Virus record (IMG/VR): IMGVR_UViG_3300045988_075043
Coordinates: 1 to 40,107 of that record
Source: a virus
DNA: 40,107 nucleotides
Reading direction: 5' to 3' (one strand)
Translations under genes and position numbers: made by a program
In this document: one piece after another, positions 23,823-31,792 of the stretch
How positions within the stretch are numbered: position 1 is the first letter of the stretch
How the letters are laid out: each line of letters begins with the position of its first letter
The notes under the pieces: model-generated
The model's database searches: none
What the model was told of the DNA's origin: nothing
Seen by the model: only the letters and a program-made list of their open reading frames with translations

Positions 23823-24249
23823 TGTCTTCCTCCTTTCTGTATTCGTAAATGTAGATTTCCGCCCGTGGGTGCTCCTTGTCGTAGAACACCCGGCTGCCGT
23901 CCCGGTTCCGGATAATGGAAATATTGTCGTCCTTCAATATCCCCTCCCGGGTGAGGATATCGTCCAGGGAAGCATACAGGTTCAGGTCGTCCACCCGCCT
24001 GCGGGTCTGCATATACAGCCGGTAGACAATATGCACCTCTCCGGATATGGGAATTTTCGGCTTTCCCAGAAGATACCGCCCCGCCCGGGCGGAGTACTCC
24101 GTGTTGGCGTGCCCCTGCCGGATGTACTGCTTTGCCCGCTTCCCGCATACCGGGCATCTCGCCCCGGTTCCCGCAATCATCTGGGAATTTTTCTTCGTCC
24201 TCGGGTCGAGCGGAATCACATAGCTTGCCAGAAGCTTCAGTCTTGTCAC
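23791..24249 (-). CDS. Divergent RusA-like protein (second copy); start uncertain (GTG 24249, or TTG 24276 inside a hairpin)
   Basis: YVIPLDPRTKKN...RRRVDDLNLYASLDDILTREGILKDDNISI resembles the RusA D.DN...D.L...DD core. Confidence 0.45.
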   Translation of the reverse strand: MTRLKLLASYVIPLDPRTKKNSQMIAGTGARCPVCGKRAKQYIRQGHANTEYSARAGRYLLGKPKIPISGEVHIVYRLYMQTRRRVDDLNLYASLDDILTREGILKDDNISIIRNRDGSRVFYDKEHPRAEIYIYEYRKEEDNAAGNENLHR

Positions 24250-24351
24250 CCCCTTTAAGCAAATGAGCCGAAGCAACCATAACGGCGCTTCGGCTCAAGG
24301 CTCTGAAAAGTTTTCTTATACCGTAATAATAGCAAAGATTCCCCCAAAAAT

Positions 24352-24528
24352 CTAGCACCATTTCCGGGTTTTTCTCCGTTCCTTCTTCTTTACGGTGCAA
24401 TCCTTCCCAGGCGGGCAAGGCCGCTTTTCCCCGCGGACGAATATGTAATTGCAACACCGGCTGCCTTCGTAGTATCCGAAGAAATACCAGCACCCGACGC
24501 AATACTTCCTGTCGTCCCTGTATTCCAC
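24352..24528 (-). CDS. Possible small Cys-rich protein (58 aa, GTG start)
   Basis: VEYRDDRKYCVGCWYFFGYYEGSRCCNYIFVRGEKRPCPPGKDCTVKKKERRKTRKWC. The SD is weak. Confidence 0.35.
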   Translation of the reverse strand: MEYRDDRKYCVGCWYFFGYYEGSRCCNYIFVRGEKRPCPPGKDCTVKKKERRKTRKWC

Positions 24529-24546
24529 ATTACCATCCCATTTCCG

Positions 24547-25211
24547 TCACAGGGTAATCCGCTGCTGTGCTGTATATTCTGTCCACGCGGCTTCCTGCTT
24601 CTCAAAATATTCCTTGTCAATTTCCGTTCCAACAAAATCCAGATCGAAATCATACGCCGCCCGCCGGGAGCTACCGCTGCCAAGGTGAGTATCCAGAATC
24701 TTGAACCCCGGCTTCGTGTAGTGGGCGTATATCCATCGGTATAATTCTTCCGGCTTTTGAGTTGGGTGGAATCTGCCCGCTATACCCGCAGATGACATTT
24801 TGATAACTTTTGCGTTATCGTTGAAACTGCACCAGGCATATTCCGCCATTGCCATAGAAAAGTTTTCCGGGATATTTGTTTTCAGCCAGACCAAAAAGCA
24901 TCTGTTCGGTGGGAGCTGGAAATAGTTCCCACCCCATATGATTTGCTCCTTGCTCACCCGGAAAAGCTCATTGAAATAGTCCTCGCCGGGGGCATAGTCC
25001 CAGCTCGTGATTTTTTTCCGAACTTTGCCGCCCACTTTCCTCCCGTCCGGGCAATCTTGCAGGTACCTGTCAAAGCGTCCACCGAAGCGGGTGCCGCTGA
25101 CGAACTCCCCCCCCCGCTTCCATACGGCGGATCGACTACAGCCAAGTCGAAATATTTATCCGGATGCTCCCGCATGATTTCCATGCAATCAGCGTTAAGC
25201 GCAATGTTCAC
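24547..25211 (-). pseudogene. N4/N6 DNA methyltransferase (PF01555-like) split by a frameshift at a homopolymer
   Basis: N-part MNIALNADCMEIMREHPDKYFDLAVVDPPYGSGG. The C-part, in another frame, is EFVSGTRFGGRFD...IIWGGNYF...HPTQKPEELYRWIY...LDTHLGSGSS. The frames meet at the G9 run. Confidence 0.8.
25107..25115. repeat. Homopolymer C9 (G9 on the coding strand) at the methyltransferase frameshift point
   Basis: Counted directly. A run of 10 or 7 G would restore a single ORF. Confidence 0.9.
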
Positions 25212-25506
25212 ATCGTGCCACCTCTTTCCGCTTTCCTGTCACGGTATCTCCTTTGAGCTGCTCTCTGAGCGTGGGCTTTCTGGCATTCCCAGCTGCAATA
25301 GATTTTCTGCCTGATCTTGCCCTGCGTGAATTTCTTCCCGCACTGTGGGCAGATTTTAGAAATGCCCTGTGGGGCTTCCACGTCCTCCACATCGGCCTGA
25401 ATTGGCGGGTGGTATCCGTGCACATTACCATGTACTTCCCGTAGCTCGTCCCGGCCTTCTGGGCGGCTATGGAGCACAGGGTGAGATAGTCCGGTTTCTT
25501 GCTCAT
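25208..25506 (-). pseudogene. Zn-ribbon protein gene with apparent frameshift near 25415-25430
   Basis: The N-part MSKKPDYLTLCSIAAQKAGTSYGKYMVM (frame of ATG 25506) and the C-part HGYHPPIQADVEDVEAPQGISKICPQCGKKFTQGKIRQKIYCSWECQKAHAQR... (frame ending at 25208) both look coding. The alternative continuations are Arg-rich junk. Confidence 0.5.
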
Positions 25507-25655
25507 GATTTCCTCCGATCTGCAATCCGCTTTTTCTCCGCTTCCTTCAGAGCACCGAACGCCATGACGTAGATGCCCATGGTGTAGTCGGTGTTCACCG
25601 GAATCAGCGGGGCGATAAAGTGCCAGCAGTCCATGTAGGTGAGTTCATTCCTCAT
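25503..25655 (-). CDS. Small hypothetical protein (50 aa)
   Basis: MRNELTYMDCWHFIAPLIPVNTDYTMGIYVMAFGALKEAEKKRIADRRKS. ATGA coupling to the next gene. Confidence 0.45.
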   Translation of the reverse strand: MRNELTYMDCWHFIAPLIPVNTDYTMGIYVMAFGALKEAEKKRIADRRKS

Positions 25656-25670
25656 TCCAATTTACCCCCT

Positions 25671-25871
25671 TTAGCCCCGCTGATAGGCTATAATGCGTTT
25701 GATCTTGTCGTAGCTTTCATCTATTGTTATAAAATCCTGTGATACAGCATCAGGGCTGGTAAACGCAAAATAAATCTCCGTTCCGTTCTCCGTTGGCCAT
25801 ATATCCTCCACCCAGTCCAGATTAACCAGCCGGGGCTTGCCCTGCAGATGCACCTCGATAAAATCAGCCAT
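25671..25871 (-). CDS. Hypothetical protein (66 aa)
   Basis: SD AAGGAGG plus ATG. Clean composition. Confidence 0.6.
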   Translation of the reverse strand: MADFIEVHLQGKPRLVNLDWVEDIWPTENGTEIYFAFTSPDAVSQDFITIDESYDKIKRIIAYQRG

Positions 25872-26208
25872 TCTCTTCGCCTCCTTCCTTCGGCGGTTCA
25901 GGAAGCGGCATCCAAGCCAAAACCTTCGCTTTCTGTCCCTGCGCTACCTCGCCGCCCCATCTACCGTTACAGTAATAGCCGATACCGCAAGTTTGGTACA
26001 TCGCATTGTAGGAGCCATAACGGAAGTATTCGTACCAGCACAGATAACTCCTAATTTTGTCCTCCGGCAGTCTCTCGCTGACCGGAATCCACCTTGTCCG
26101 CTTCAACGCCTCCATGCCCATTCGGCAGGCTTCGTTCACCTCGTCCATGCCGTCATAATGCTCCCGGTGTTCCGGGTCAAGGATTTCAATTGCTCGTTCG
26201 ATTTTCAA
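25864..26208 (-). CDS. DUF551-like protein (114 aa)
   Basis: TTG start with SD AGGAGG. WIPVSERLPE...VLAWMPLPEPP is the DUF551 signature. Confidence 0.6.
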   Translation of the reverse strand: MKIERAIEILDPEHREHYDGMDEVNEACRMGMEALKRTRWIPVSERLPEDKIRSYLCWYEYFRYGSYNAMYQTCGIGYYCNGRWGGEVAQGQKAKVLAWMPLPEPPKEGGEENG

Positions 26209-26307
26209 AATCCGTACCTCCTACATGCATCTTTCCATAGTTCATCAAACCCGCATTTGCTGCCATTTACCGTGTAGATAAAATAACAGATGATTTTAAG
26301 TTGCCGT

Positions 26308-26619
26308 TCAGTCATCGGTTCCATCCTCCAAACACATTTTTGCACCGCAATGGCAATACGGGTATCTCCGGCAAGCCTCGCCGTATTCTCCGGCTTCCAG
26401 CAGGTGGTGCAAGTCGATATTGTCTACCTTGCGCCCGCAGATGGAGCATTCCAGGCAGAGGGTCATTTCATCTGCAAGCCGGATATTCCAGTTCCCATGC
26501 CGCACCGGCTCCGCATCGGCGGCAGGAAGTTTGCGTATCTCGGAAAAAGCCGCCGCATAATCGCCACTTGTGCGCTTTACGATTTCCATGGCCGCCTCCC
26601 GTCTGATGTAATCACTCAT
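26308..26619 (-). CDS. Hypothetical Cys-containing protein (103 aa)
   Basis: ATGA coupling to the ASCH gene. CLECSICG...CHCG zinc-ribbon-like pairs. Confidence 0.55.
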   Translation of the reverse strand: MSDYIRREAAMEIVKRTSGDYAAAFSEIRKLPAADAEPVRHGNWNIRLADEMTLCLECSICGRKVDNIDLHHLLEAGEYGEACRRYPYCHCGAKMCLEDGTDD

Positions 26620-27122
26620 TTCAATTCCTCCACGTAGCACCAACTCTGGGGTGGTTTTTCTACCGTGCAATCATGGCACGTCCCGCACTTTGGAATGGCG
26701 ATACCCAGGTCGTTATATTTACATTCACGGTTCCATGGTTTGAAACGATAGAGTGGCTTCGGCATATCGTAGATTTTTAGGTTGGAAATGTGCCAGCCGT
26801 ACAATGTTGCACCTTTTCCGTAGTCCCACAAAGCACCGTCCACAAGCCTAGTCTGCGCCACAAAGTAATCATCAACATCGTAGATTCCATACGGTTCTGT
26901 TGCCGCCTTGATGGTTTCAACCCGGTCGCAAATAAACTCCCCAATGACCTTGCCCCATGAGCCGCGCAGTCTGCGTGCGTCGTTGCCTTGCGTGCAGTAG
27001 ATGTAGCATTTGAACGGCGTGTCCAGCTTTGGCCTGGTTTTTCGCACCTCAACGGTCTTTTCACCTCTGGCAATCTTCTCCACCCACTCCGGGCGGATGC
27101 TGATAAGTACCGCCTTACTCAT
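26616..27122 (-). CDS. ASCH-domain protein (168 aa)
   Basis: SD GGAGGG plus ATG at 27122. AVLISIRPEWVEKIARGEKTVEVRKTRP is a typical ASCH N-terminus. Confidence 0.65.
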   Translation of the reverse strand: MSKAVLISIRPEWVEKIARGEKTVEVRKTRPKLDTPFKCYIYCTQGNDARRLRGSWGKVIGEFICDRVETIKAATEPYGIYDVDDYFVAQTRLVDGALWDYGKGATLYGWHISNLKIYDMPKPLYRFKPWNRECKYNDLGIAIPKCGTCHDCTVEKPPQSWCYVEELK

Positions 27123-27366
27123 GCTCAGCCCTCCGGTTCCACATATCGGCGGCCTTTTTACGATCGTCTTTGGCAAACGTAATTTCCCCATCCGATTCCA
27201 AGTCCACCGTTACAATGAAATCTCTCATAGGCAGTTCAATCATGCAGTTAGTACACTTGATGCCAAATTGCCATTCATGCGCTGTGCAACGTATGTAGTT
27301 TTTGTCGATGATATACACTGCCTCCCCCCCGCAAAACGGGCAGGGCTTCAATTTGATTTCGTCCAT
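27115..27366 (-). CDS. Lar-family restriction-alleviation-like protein (83 aa)
   Basis: LKPCPFCGGEA...C..C...WNRR pattern. Confidence 0.55.
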   Translation of the reverse strand: MDEIKLKPCPFCGGEAVYIIDKNYIRCTAHEWQFGIKCTNCMIELPMRDFIVTVDLESDGEITFAKDDRKKAADMWNRRAEHE

Positions 27367-27406
27367 TGTTATCTCCTTCCCGCCCGGGTTGCCCCGGGCT
27401 TATCTG

Positions 27407-27841
27407 CTATCTAAAAATCACTACCATAGACGGAAACGGTGCTGGGTTCATTGCTGCCCCGTTTTCATCTTCAAATTTTAACCGTCCACGCAGAAACCGA
27501 ATTTCAGCTTTTCCGTATATGTAATCGTGGAAAAAGCTTGTGTCCGTCCGTGCCGGAATCAGCATGACGATTGTAACCCCCCAACGAACATGTTCAGAAT
27601 ATGCCTTTTGAACCCATTTCCCGATCTCCCTGCCATAGGGTGGGTTGCAAAACACAGCCCCATACCCGCTCCACGAACAGGATAACCCATCCACTTCTGG
27701 CGTAAAATATCGTTCACACTTGGCGTTTTCAGGGGAAGCGGCGGCATCTAAGCCAAAATGGAATTCCTGATCCAGTTCCTGAAAAAAGTCTTTTGGCGTT
27801 CGCCAGTCCATTTTTACGCTGGAAAATAACGCTTTGTTCAT
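27407..27841 (-). CDS. Phage N6-adenine DNA methyltransferase (Dam, PF05869-like; 144 aa)
   Basis: DWRTPKDFFQELDQEFHFGLDAAAS...NAK...VFCNPPYGREIGKWVQKA...LIPARTDTSFF. Confidence 0.8.
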   Translation of the reverse strand: MNKALFSSVKMDWRTPKDFFQELDQEFHFGLDAAASPENAKCERYFTPEVDGLSCSWSGYGAVFCNPPYGREIGKWVQKAYSEHVRWGVTIVMLIPARTDTSFFHDYIYGKAEIRFLRGRLKFEDENGAAMNPAPFPSMVVIFR

Positions 27842-27902
27842 GTTTCACCTCGATTTCTATCGTTGTTACCATTTCAGTGACAGGCTATCAAAACTCGCAT
27901 TT

Positions 27903-28340
27903 TTAGTAGTCGCCTCCATTACTCTTATCAAACTCTACGTTGATCTTCGGCACCCACGTATTGCTCAGTGCACTTTCCACGCCCGTAAAAAAGCTATCGA
28001 CAAATTTGGTGTAATTAACTTTTTTAGCCAGCTCCGCTCTGATTGCCTGTGTAATTTCCGGTTTGCGTTCGTTTACAAGTGCTTGCAATTCCTCACGAGT
28101 GATTTCCTCAATCGCTCGCCTCACGTGGAACTCCAACAATGTATATTTATTATCATTGGAATAGCTAGAAACTTTCCCGTTTTTATCAACTTTCGTAGAC
28201 AAAACCATTTTTACGATCTGGCTCACGATTTCGTTTTTCCCGTTTAAGGATTCCGAAATTCCCATCATAACGGTTTGCTTTACCGCTTCCGCCAAATAAT
28301 CCTGATCGATGCTCAAGTCCAATCCTACAATATTCGCCAT
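27903..28340 (-). CDS. Hypothetical protein (145 aa), lower-GC segment
   Basis: Clean ORF with ATG. No family recognised. Confidence 0.6.
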   Translation of the reverse strand: MANIVGLDLSIDQDYLAEAVKQTVMMGISESLNGKNEIVSQIVKMVLSTKVDKNGKVSSYSNDNKYTLLEFHVRRAIEEITREELQALVNERKPEITQAIRAELAKKVNYTKFVDSFFTGVESALSNTWVPKINVEFDKSNGGDY

Positions 28341-28363
28341 TTTAATTTCCTTTCTGTTTTCCT

Positions 28364-28678
28364 TTATTCCCCCGAGGAACTTTCCCCCACCTGGGCGGGG
28401 TGCAATTCCGCTTCACCGGATTGAAACAGCCGTACATTTTCGCCTTGCTCATGCTCAAAAGCAATCCCCTCTCTCACCAAATCCGGGTGTTCGTACCGGA
28501 AAAATTGGCGTTGTTTTTTGTGGTTTTTCCATAGTTTCATGATGTTTTTATTCCAGTTATCGATGAAATACGTTTCCCATGCCTTGCATCCGTCCCCGTT
28601 GGTGGGGCAATCGTCCCGCGTGCAGTTCCTGCAAAATGGGCTTTCCGAATCGATGTACTGGCCGGGTTTTTCTCTCAT
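28364..28678 (-). CDS. Hypothetical protein (104 aa)
   Basis: ATGA-type coupling to the replisome organiser gene. Cys cluster CRNCTRDDCPTNGDGC. Confidence 0.55.
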   Translation of the reverse strand: MREKPGQYIDSESPFCRNCTRDDCPTNGDGCKAWETYFIDNWNKNIMKLWKNHKKQRQFFRYEHPDLVREGIAFEHEQGENVRLFQSGEAELHPAQVGESSSGE

Positions 28679-29565
28679 AATGCGTCCCTTCTTTCATCTG
28701 CGCCCGCCGCCAGAACCTGCCGTATGGCTTCCAGCTCAGCGTCCCCAAGCTCGCCGGACGCGCCCTTAGGAATATCAGGCTTCCCATAGCGCCTAACCGG
28801 TGGCGCTGACCCAGCACCGCCCCTATCCTGCTCTTTGGCAAGCCAGCCATTGATAAACCGCTGTACCCCGCCCTTGGTTTTCCGCTTGGACGGGTTGGCG
28901 TCACACCACCCGGCCATTTTCCGAAGCTCTGCCAGGATATCAACGGCGGGGTAGAGTTCTGCCCATTTGTCCACGTCAGCCCGAAAAACAGGGTAAAGGG
29001 ATTTATCATTCAGCATGATCTGGCACACCGGCGGCGTGGAGGCGGTGTCCGGCTCCGCGCCTATACTCTCCTTTACTCTACTTTTCTCTACTCTACTCTC
29101 CTCTACTCTACTATGTCTTTGGATGTCAGCATTTTTTGAGAAAATGTTGACATTTCTGCTTGAAATGTTTACATTGGGGCAAATTTGGGCGCACTCGACC
29201 AGAAGGATGTTGTAATCGACTTCAAGACTTTTACGGCGGCTGACTGCCTCGAAGTACCGCTTCTGAATTCCCCGTGAAGTCAGAACGTGATACTTGTCAT
29301 ATATCTCTTTGTCGAACATCCCTCGTCTGATAGAAGCTTCTATTATTTCGGAAACGACGCTCCCACCCAGCCCGCACCTTCGGGCGAACAAAAGCGCAAC
29401 CTCCTCTGTCCATTCAATGTAATAACCCTCCTTGCCGTATATCTCTTGCAGCAAGTGAACGATTACACCAAATCCTGTCAAGCCATATTCTGCTTCTATC
29501 AGTTCAAATTTCTTGTCCAAGCAAACATCAAGCGGAAAGAAATCAAGTCCGCTTTTGATTGCCAT
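28675..29565 (-). CDS. Replisome organiser/replication initiator, DUF4373 (Lin1244-like) N-terminal domain (296 aa)
   Basis: LDFFPLDVCLDKKFELIEAEYGLTGFGVIVHLLQEIY...WTEEVALLFA. The internal DNA repeats are typical of an origin within an initiator gene. Confidence 0.7.
   Translation of the reverse strand: MAIKSGLDFFPLDVCLDKKFELIEAEYGLTGFGVIVHLLQEIYGKEGYYIEWTEEVALLFARRCGLGGSVVSEIIEASIRRGMFDKEIYDKYHVLTSRGIQKRYFEAVSRRKSLEVDYNILLVECAQICPNVNISSRNVNIFSKNADIQRHSRVEESRVEKSRVKESIGAEPDTASTPPVCQIMLNDKSLYPVFRADVDKWAELYPAVDILAELRKMAGWCDANPSKRKTKGGVQRFINGWLAKEQDRGGAGSAPPVRRYGKPDIPKGASGELGDAELEAIRQVLAAGADERRDAL
29064..29175. repeat. Candidate replication origin: TACTCT iterons plus AAATGT(T/C)(G/A)ACATT repeats
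   Basis: TACTCT at 29064, 29074, 29089, 29094 and 29104, with TACTAT at 29109 (spacings are multiples of 5). Two AATGTxxACATT near-palindromes lie at about 29143-29175. Confidence 0.5.
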
Positions 29566-29568
29566 AGT

Positions 29569-29745
29569 TTACTCCTCGCTTCCCAGCCTAGGGAATAGAA
29601 CAATTTGAAAGTCGCGACTGCCAAAAATGTCAACTATGTGTTTTACTTCTTCTTCGGATATACAATCCAGTCGGAGAAGATTATCTTGAAGGTCATCCAA
29701 TTCCAAGATATTCTCGGCATCGGTGACGATAACGTCATATTTCAT
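29569..29745 (-). CDS. Small acidic hypothetical protein (58 aa)
   Basis: MKYDVIVTDAENILELDDLQDNLLRLDCISEEEVKHIVDIFGSRDFQIVLFPRLGSEE. Confidence 0.45.
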   Translation of the reverse strand: MKYDVIVTDAENILELDDLQDNLLRLDCISEEEVKHIVDIFGSRDFQIVLFPRLGSEE

Positions 29746-29752
29746 TGCGCAT

Positions 29753-29965
29753 TCACTCCTTCACCAGCGAATATCTTGCGAAGCACGTCCGCTCCCCGTA
29801 TCGGTTCTTCCCGGTGACGGTTTCGCTCTTGATGGGTACGCCCTGGGCTTTCAAATCCCAGATTCTAGCACCCAGCCGGTAACAGCCGTACTCGGTAACA
29901 GCCTCGGCCTGAGTGATACTTCCATAGTCCTGCAAATGACGCAGGATACGCTCACACTGTGTCAC
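29753..29965 (-). CDS. Winged-helix DNA-binding protein (70 aa)
   Basis: GTG start with SD GGAGAGGAGG. ILRHLQDYGSITQAEAVTEYGCYRLGARIWDLKAQG...NRYGE...ARY is a common phage wHTH pattern. Confidence 0.65.
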   Translation of the reverse strand: MTQCERILRHLQDYGSITQAEAVTEYGCYRLGARIWDLKAQGVPIKSETVTGKNRYGERTCFARYSLVKE

Positions 29966-30377
29966 GGGGTGCCTCCTCTCCGGTGAGGCGAACCGCCACG
30001 CATGGGCGGGTGCCGTACCGCTTGCAGACTGTGGCGTCTGTGATAGCTGCGTCATCCTTGTAGGCGATACCATTCAGAGCATCACACACAATCTTGCCTA
30101 TGTTGTCCCAGTCGGGTTTCACCATAGGAAGAATCCGATTGTCAATCGCTTCGGCCTGCTTGCGCTTGCTCCACGAATGGGGAACGGGGTAGATTGCCGC
30201 AATGTCAACCCGGATAGTGCCGGTGAACTTTGCCCCGTGGGCTTCGCACTGGTATGCCCATGCCACCAGCTTTTCATAGTCCTTCGTTTTCTTTGGGGTG
30301 TATGTCGCACCGTTCTGGGTGAAGCGGGGGCGCTCCTTCCCTTGCGGAACGCCGGGAATCGTAAATTCAATCGTCAC
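29952..30377 (-). CDS. rusA: RusA-family Holliday junction resolvase (141 aa)
   Basis: GTG start with SD AAGGAGC. IPGVPQGKERPRF...PDWDNIGKIVCDALNGIAYKDDAAI. Confidence 0.8.
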   Translation of the reverse strand: MTIEFTIPGVPQGKERPRFTQNGATYTPKKTKDYEKLVAWAYQCEAHGAKFTGTIRVDIAAIYPVPHSWSKRKQAEAIDNRILPMVKPDWDNIGKIVCDALNGIAYKDDAAITDATVCKRYGTRPCVAVRLTGEEAPRDTV

Positions 30378-30480
30378 GTTTTCGCTCCTTCCTTTGGAGT
30401 TGGCGGTTTTACCTCCCACCGCCAAGGGAAAATACAAACTATACTGTTAATCTTTTTGAGGAAAGATTGATTTTTCCAGC

Positions 30481-30942
30481 CTAGAACGGCAAGTCGGCGT
30501 CGTCTTCGGTGATCTCCTGATATCCTCCGAACCCCTGCTGGCTGTATCCATTGCCCCGGTTCGTCTGCTGTGGGGCGCTGGGCTGCCCGTATCCGGCGTT
30601 TTGCGCCGTCCCGGTATTGGTGGTATCCTGAGAATTGCGCTTGCTGGAAAGCAGCTCAACGTTTGTGGTCACTATCTCAAACGTCCGGCGCTTGTTCCCG
30701 TTCTTGTCCGTCCAGTCTCTGGCCTGCAGCGCTCCGGAAACGGCTACGATGTCGCCCTTATGGCCGTACTGCGTCAGGTACTCAGCCCCCTGCCGCCATG
30801 TGACGAAGTCCAGAAAATCGGTGGCATCCTTCGTCATTGGCCGCTTGACGGCCACGCTGTAGGAGCAAACCGCCGTCCCCTCCTGGGTTCTTCTCAGCTC
30901 CGGGTCGGCGGTGAGCCGCCCGACAAATTGACAATTATTCAT
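30481..30942 (-). CDS. ssb: Single-stranded DNA-binding protein (153 aa)
   Basis: OB-fold N-terminus FVGRLTADPELR, Gly/Gln-rich tail, and an acidic tip DDADLPF. Confidence 0.9.
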   Translation of the reverse strand: MNNCQFVGRLTADPELRRTQEGTAVCSYSVAVKRPMTKDATDFLDFVTWRQGAEYLTQYGHKGDIVAVSGALQARDWTDKNGNKRRTFEIVTTNVELLSSKRNSQDTTNTGTAQNAGYGQPSAPQQTNRGNGYSQQGFGGYQEITEDDADLPF

Positions 30943-31274
30943 GTGTTCTCCTTCCTGTAAATCAGATCGTTTTCATTCCAGCCGGGATAAATGCCCATCA
31001 GGTACTCCCGGAAATACGCCCTCATTTCCATTCTTGCCGTGGTCTGGTCGTACCGGTTGTGGCATCTGGGGCAGAGGGTAAGCCCGTTCTGGGCAATGCC
31101 AAGCCCTCCCTGCGCCCGGGATATGTAGTGGGCGTTGCTCCATGCCAGAGGGGCAGGGGCGGGAGCGCCGCAGAATACGCAGCACGTCCAGCCGTCAATG
31201 CTGTCCCGCTGTGCAATCGCTATTTTCTCGACCCGGGTGAAGTCCCTCGCTTTTGTGTCCTTCCTCAACGCCAT
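30939..31274 (-). CDS. HNH endonuclease (111 aa)
   Basis: CCVFCG...AHYISRAQGG...LCPRCHNRYD. Confidence 0.8.
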   Translation of the reverse strand: MALRKDTKARDFTRVEKIAIAQRDSIDGWTCCVFCGAPAPAPLAWSNAHYISRAQGGLGIAQNGLTLCPRCHNRYDQTTARMEMRAYFREYLMGIYPGWNENDLIYRKENT

Positions 31275-31792
31275 TCCTCCTTGAGCAGTTCCAGCTTGTC
31301 CGGGGGCAAGGTTTCAATGTCCAGCGCCTTGCAGTCCTGTATCAGATTGTCGATCAGCCGCGCCATTTGTTTGGTGTCGTAGGTGCTGGAACCGTGGTAT
31401 GCCGCCAGGTTCCGGCACCCAGGCACCTGAGACGCGCCCAGGCTGTCCACCAGCCATCCAAGGCCGTTTTTCTGCCAGCTCCGTGTGAAGCGCTCCACGT
31501 CCTGTTCCCGGACGCACATGGGCGTGTAATTGTCTCCCACGCCCCGAATGGCGTTCCGGTATACCTCTACAGGAGGAATCCCCATAGCGGCGGCAAGCTT
31601 GTGAATCAGCACCCAGGCATAGGCGTTTGCGTCCAGGCTCCGCTTTTCCCGGTGCTCTTTCAAGGTCAGATCATAGGGCGCGGCCTTCATCTTTCGGATA
31701 AAGGCCATTGCCTTGCCCAACTCGGAGCGGGAGGGCTTGACCATCAGCCAGCCGCCCTCAAGCTTTGCCTCGGTGAATGTAAGCTCCGTCAT
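31265..31792 (-). CDS. NinB/Orf-like recombination mediator (175 aa)
   Basis: LTLKEHREKRSLDANAYAWVLIHKL and GSSTYDTKQMARLIDNLIQDC parallel lambda NinB (ERNRSLDQN...W; STSRM...ELLELI). Confidence 0.55.
   Translation of the reverse strand: MTELTFTEAKLEGGWLMVKPSRSELGKAMAFIRKMKAAPYDLTLKEHREKRSLDANAYAWVLIHKLAAAMGIPPVEVYRNAIRGVGDNYTPMCVREQDVERFTRSWQKNGLGWLVDSLGASQVPGCRNLAAYHGSSTYDTKQMARLIDNLIQDCKALDIETLPPDKLELLKEEWR

Noticed and set aside
23744-24502. 252-aa - strand ORF
   Set aside because: It spans an intergenic hairpin and overlaps the RusA-like gene and the 627-aa gene out of frame. It is Arg/Gly/Pro-rich with no SD.
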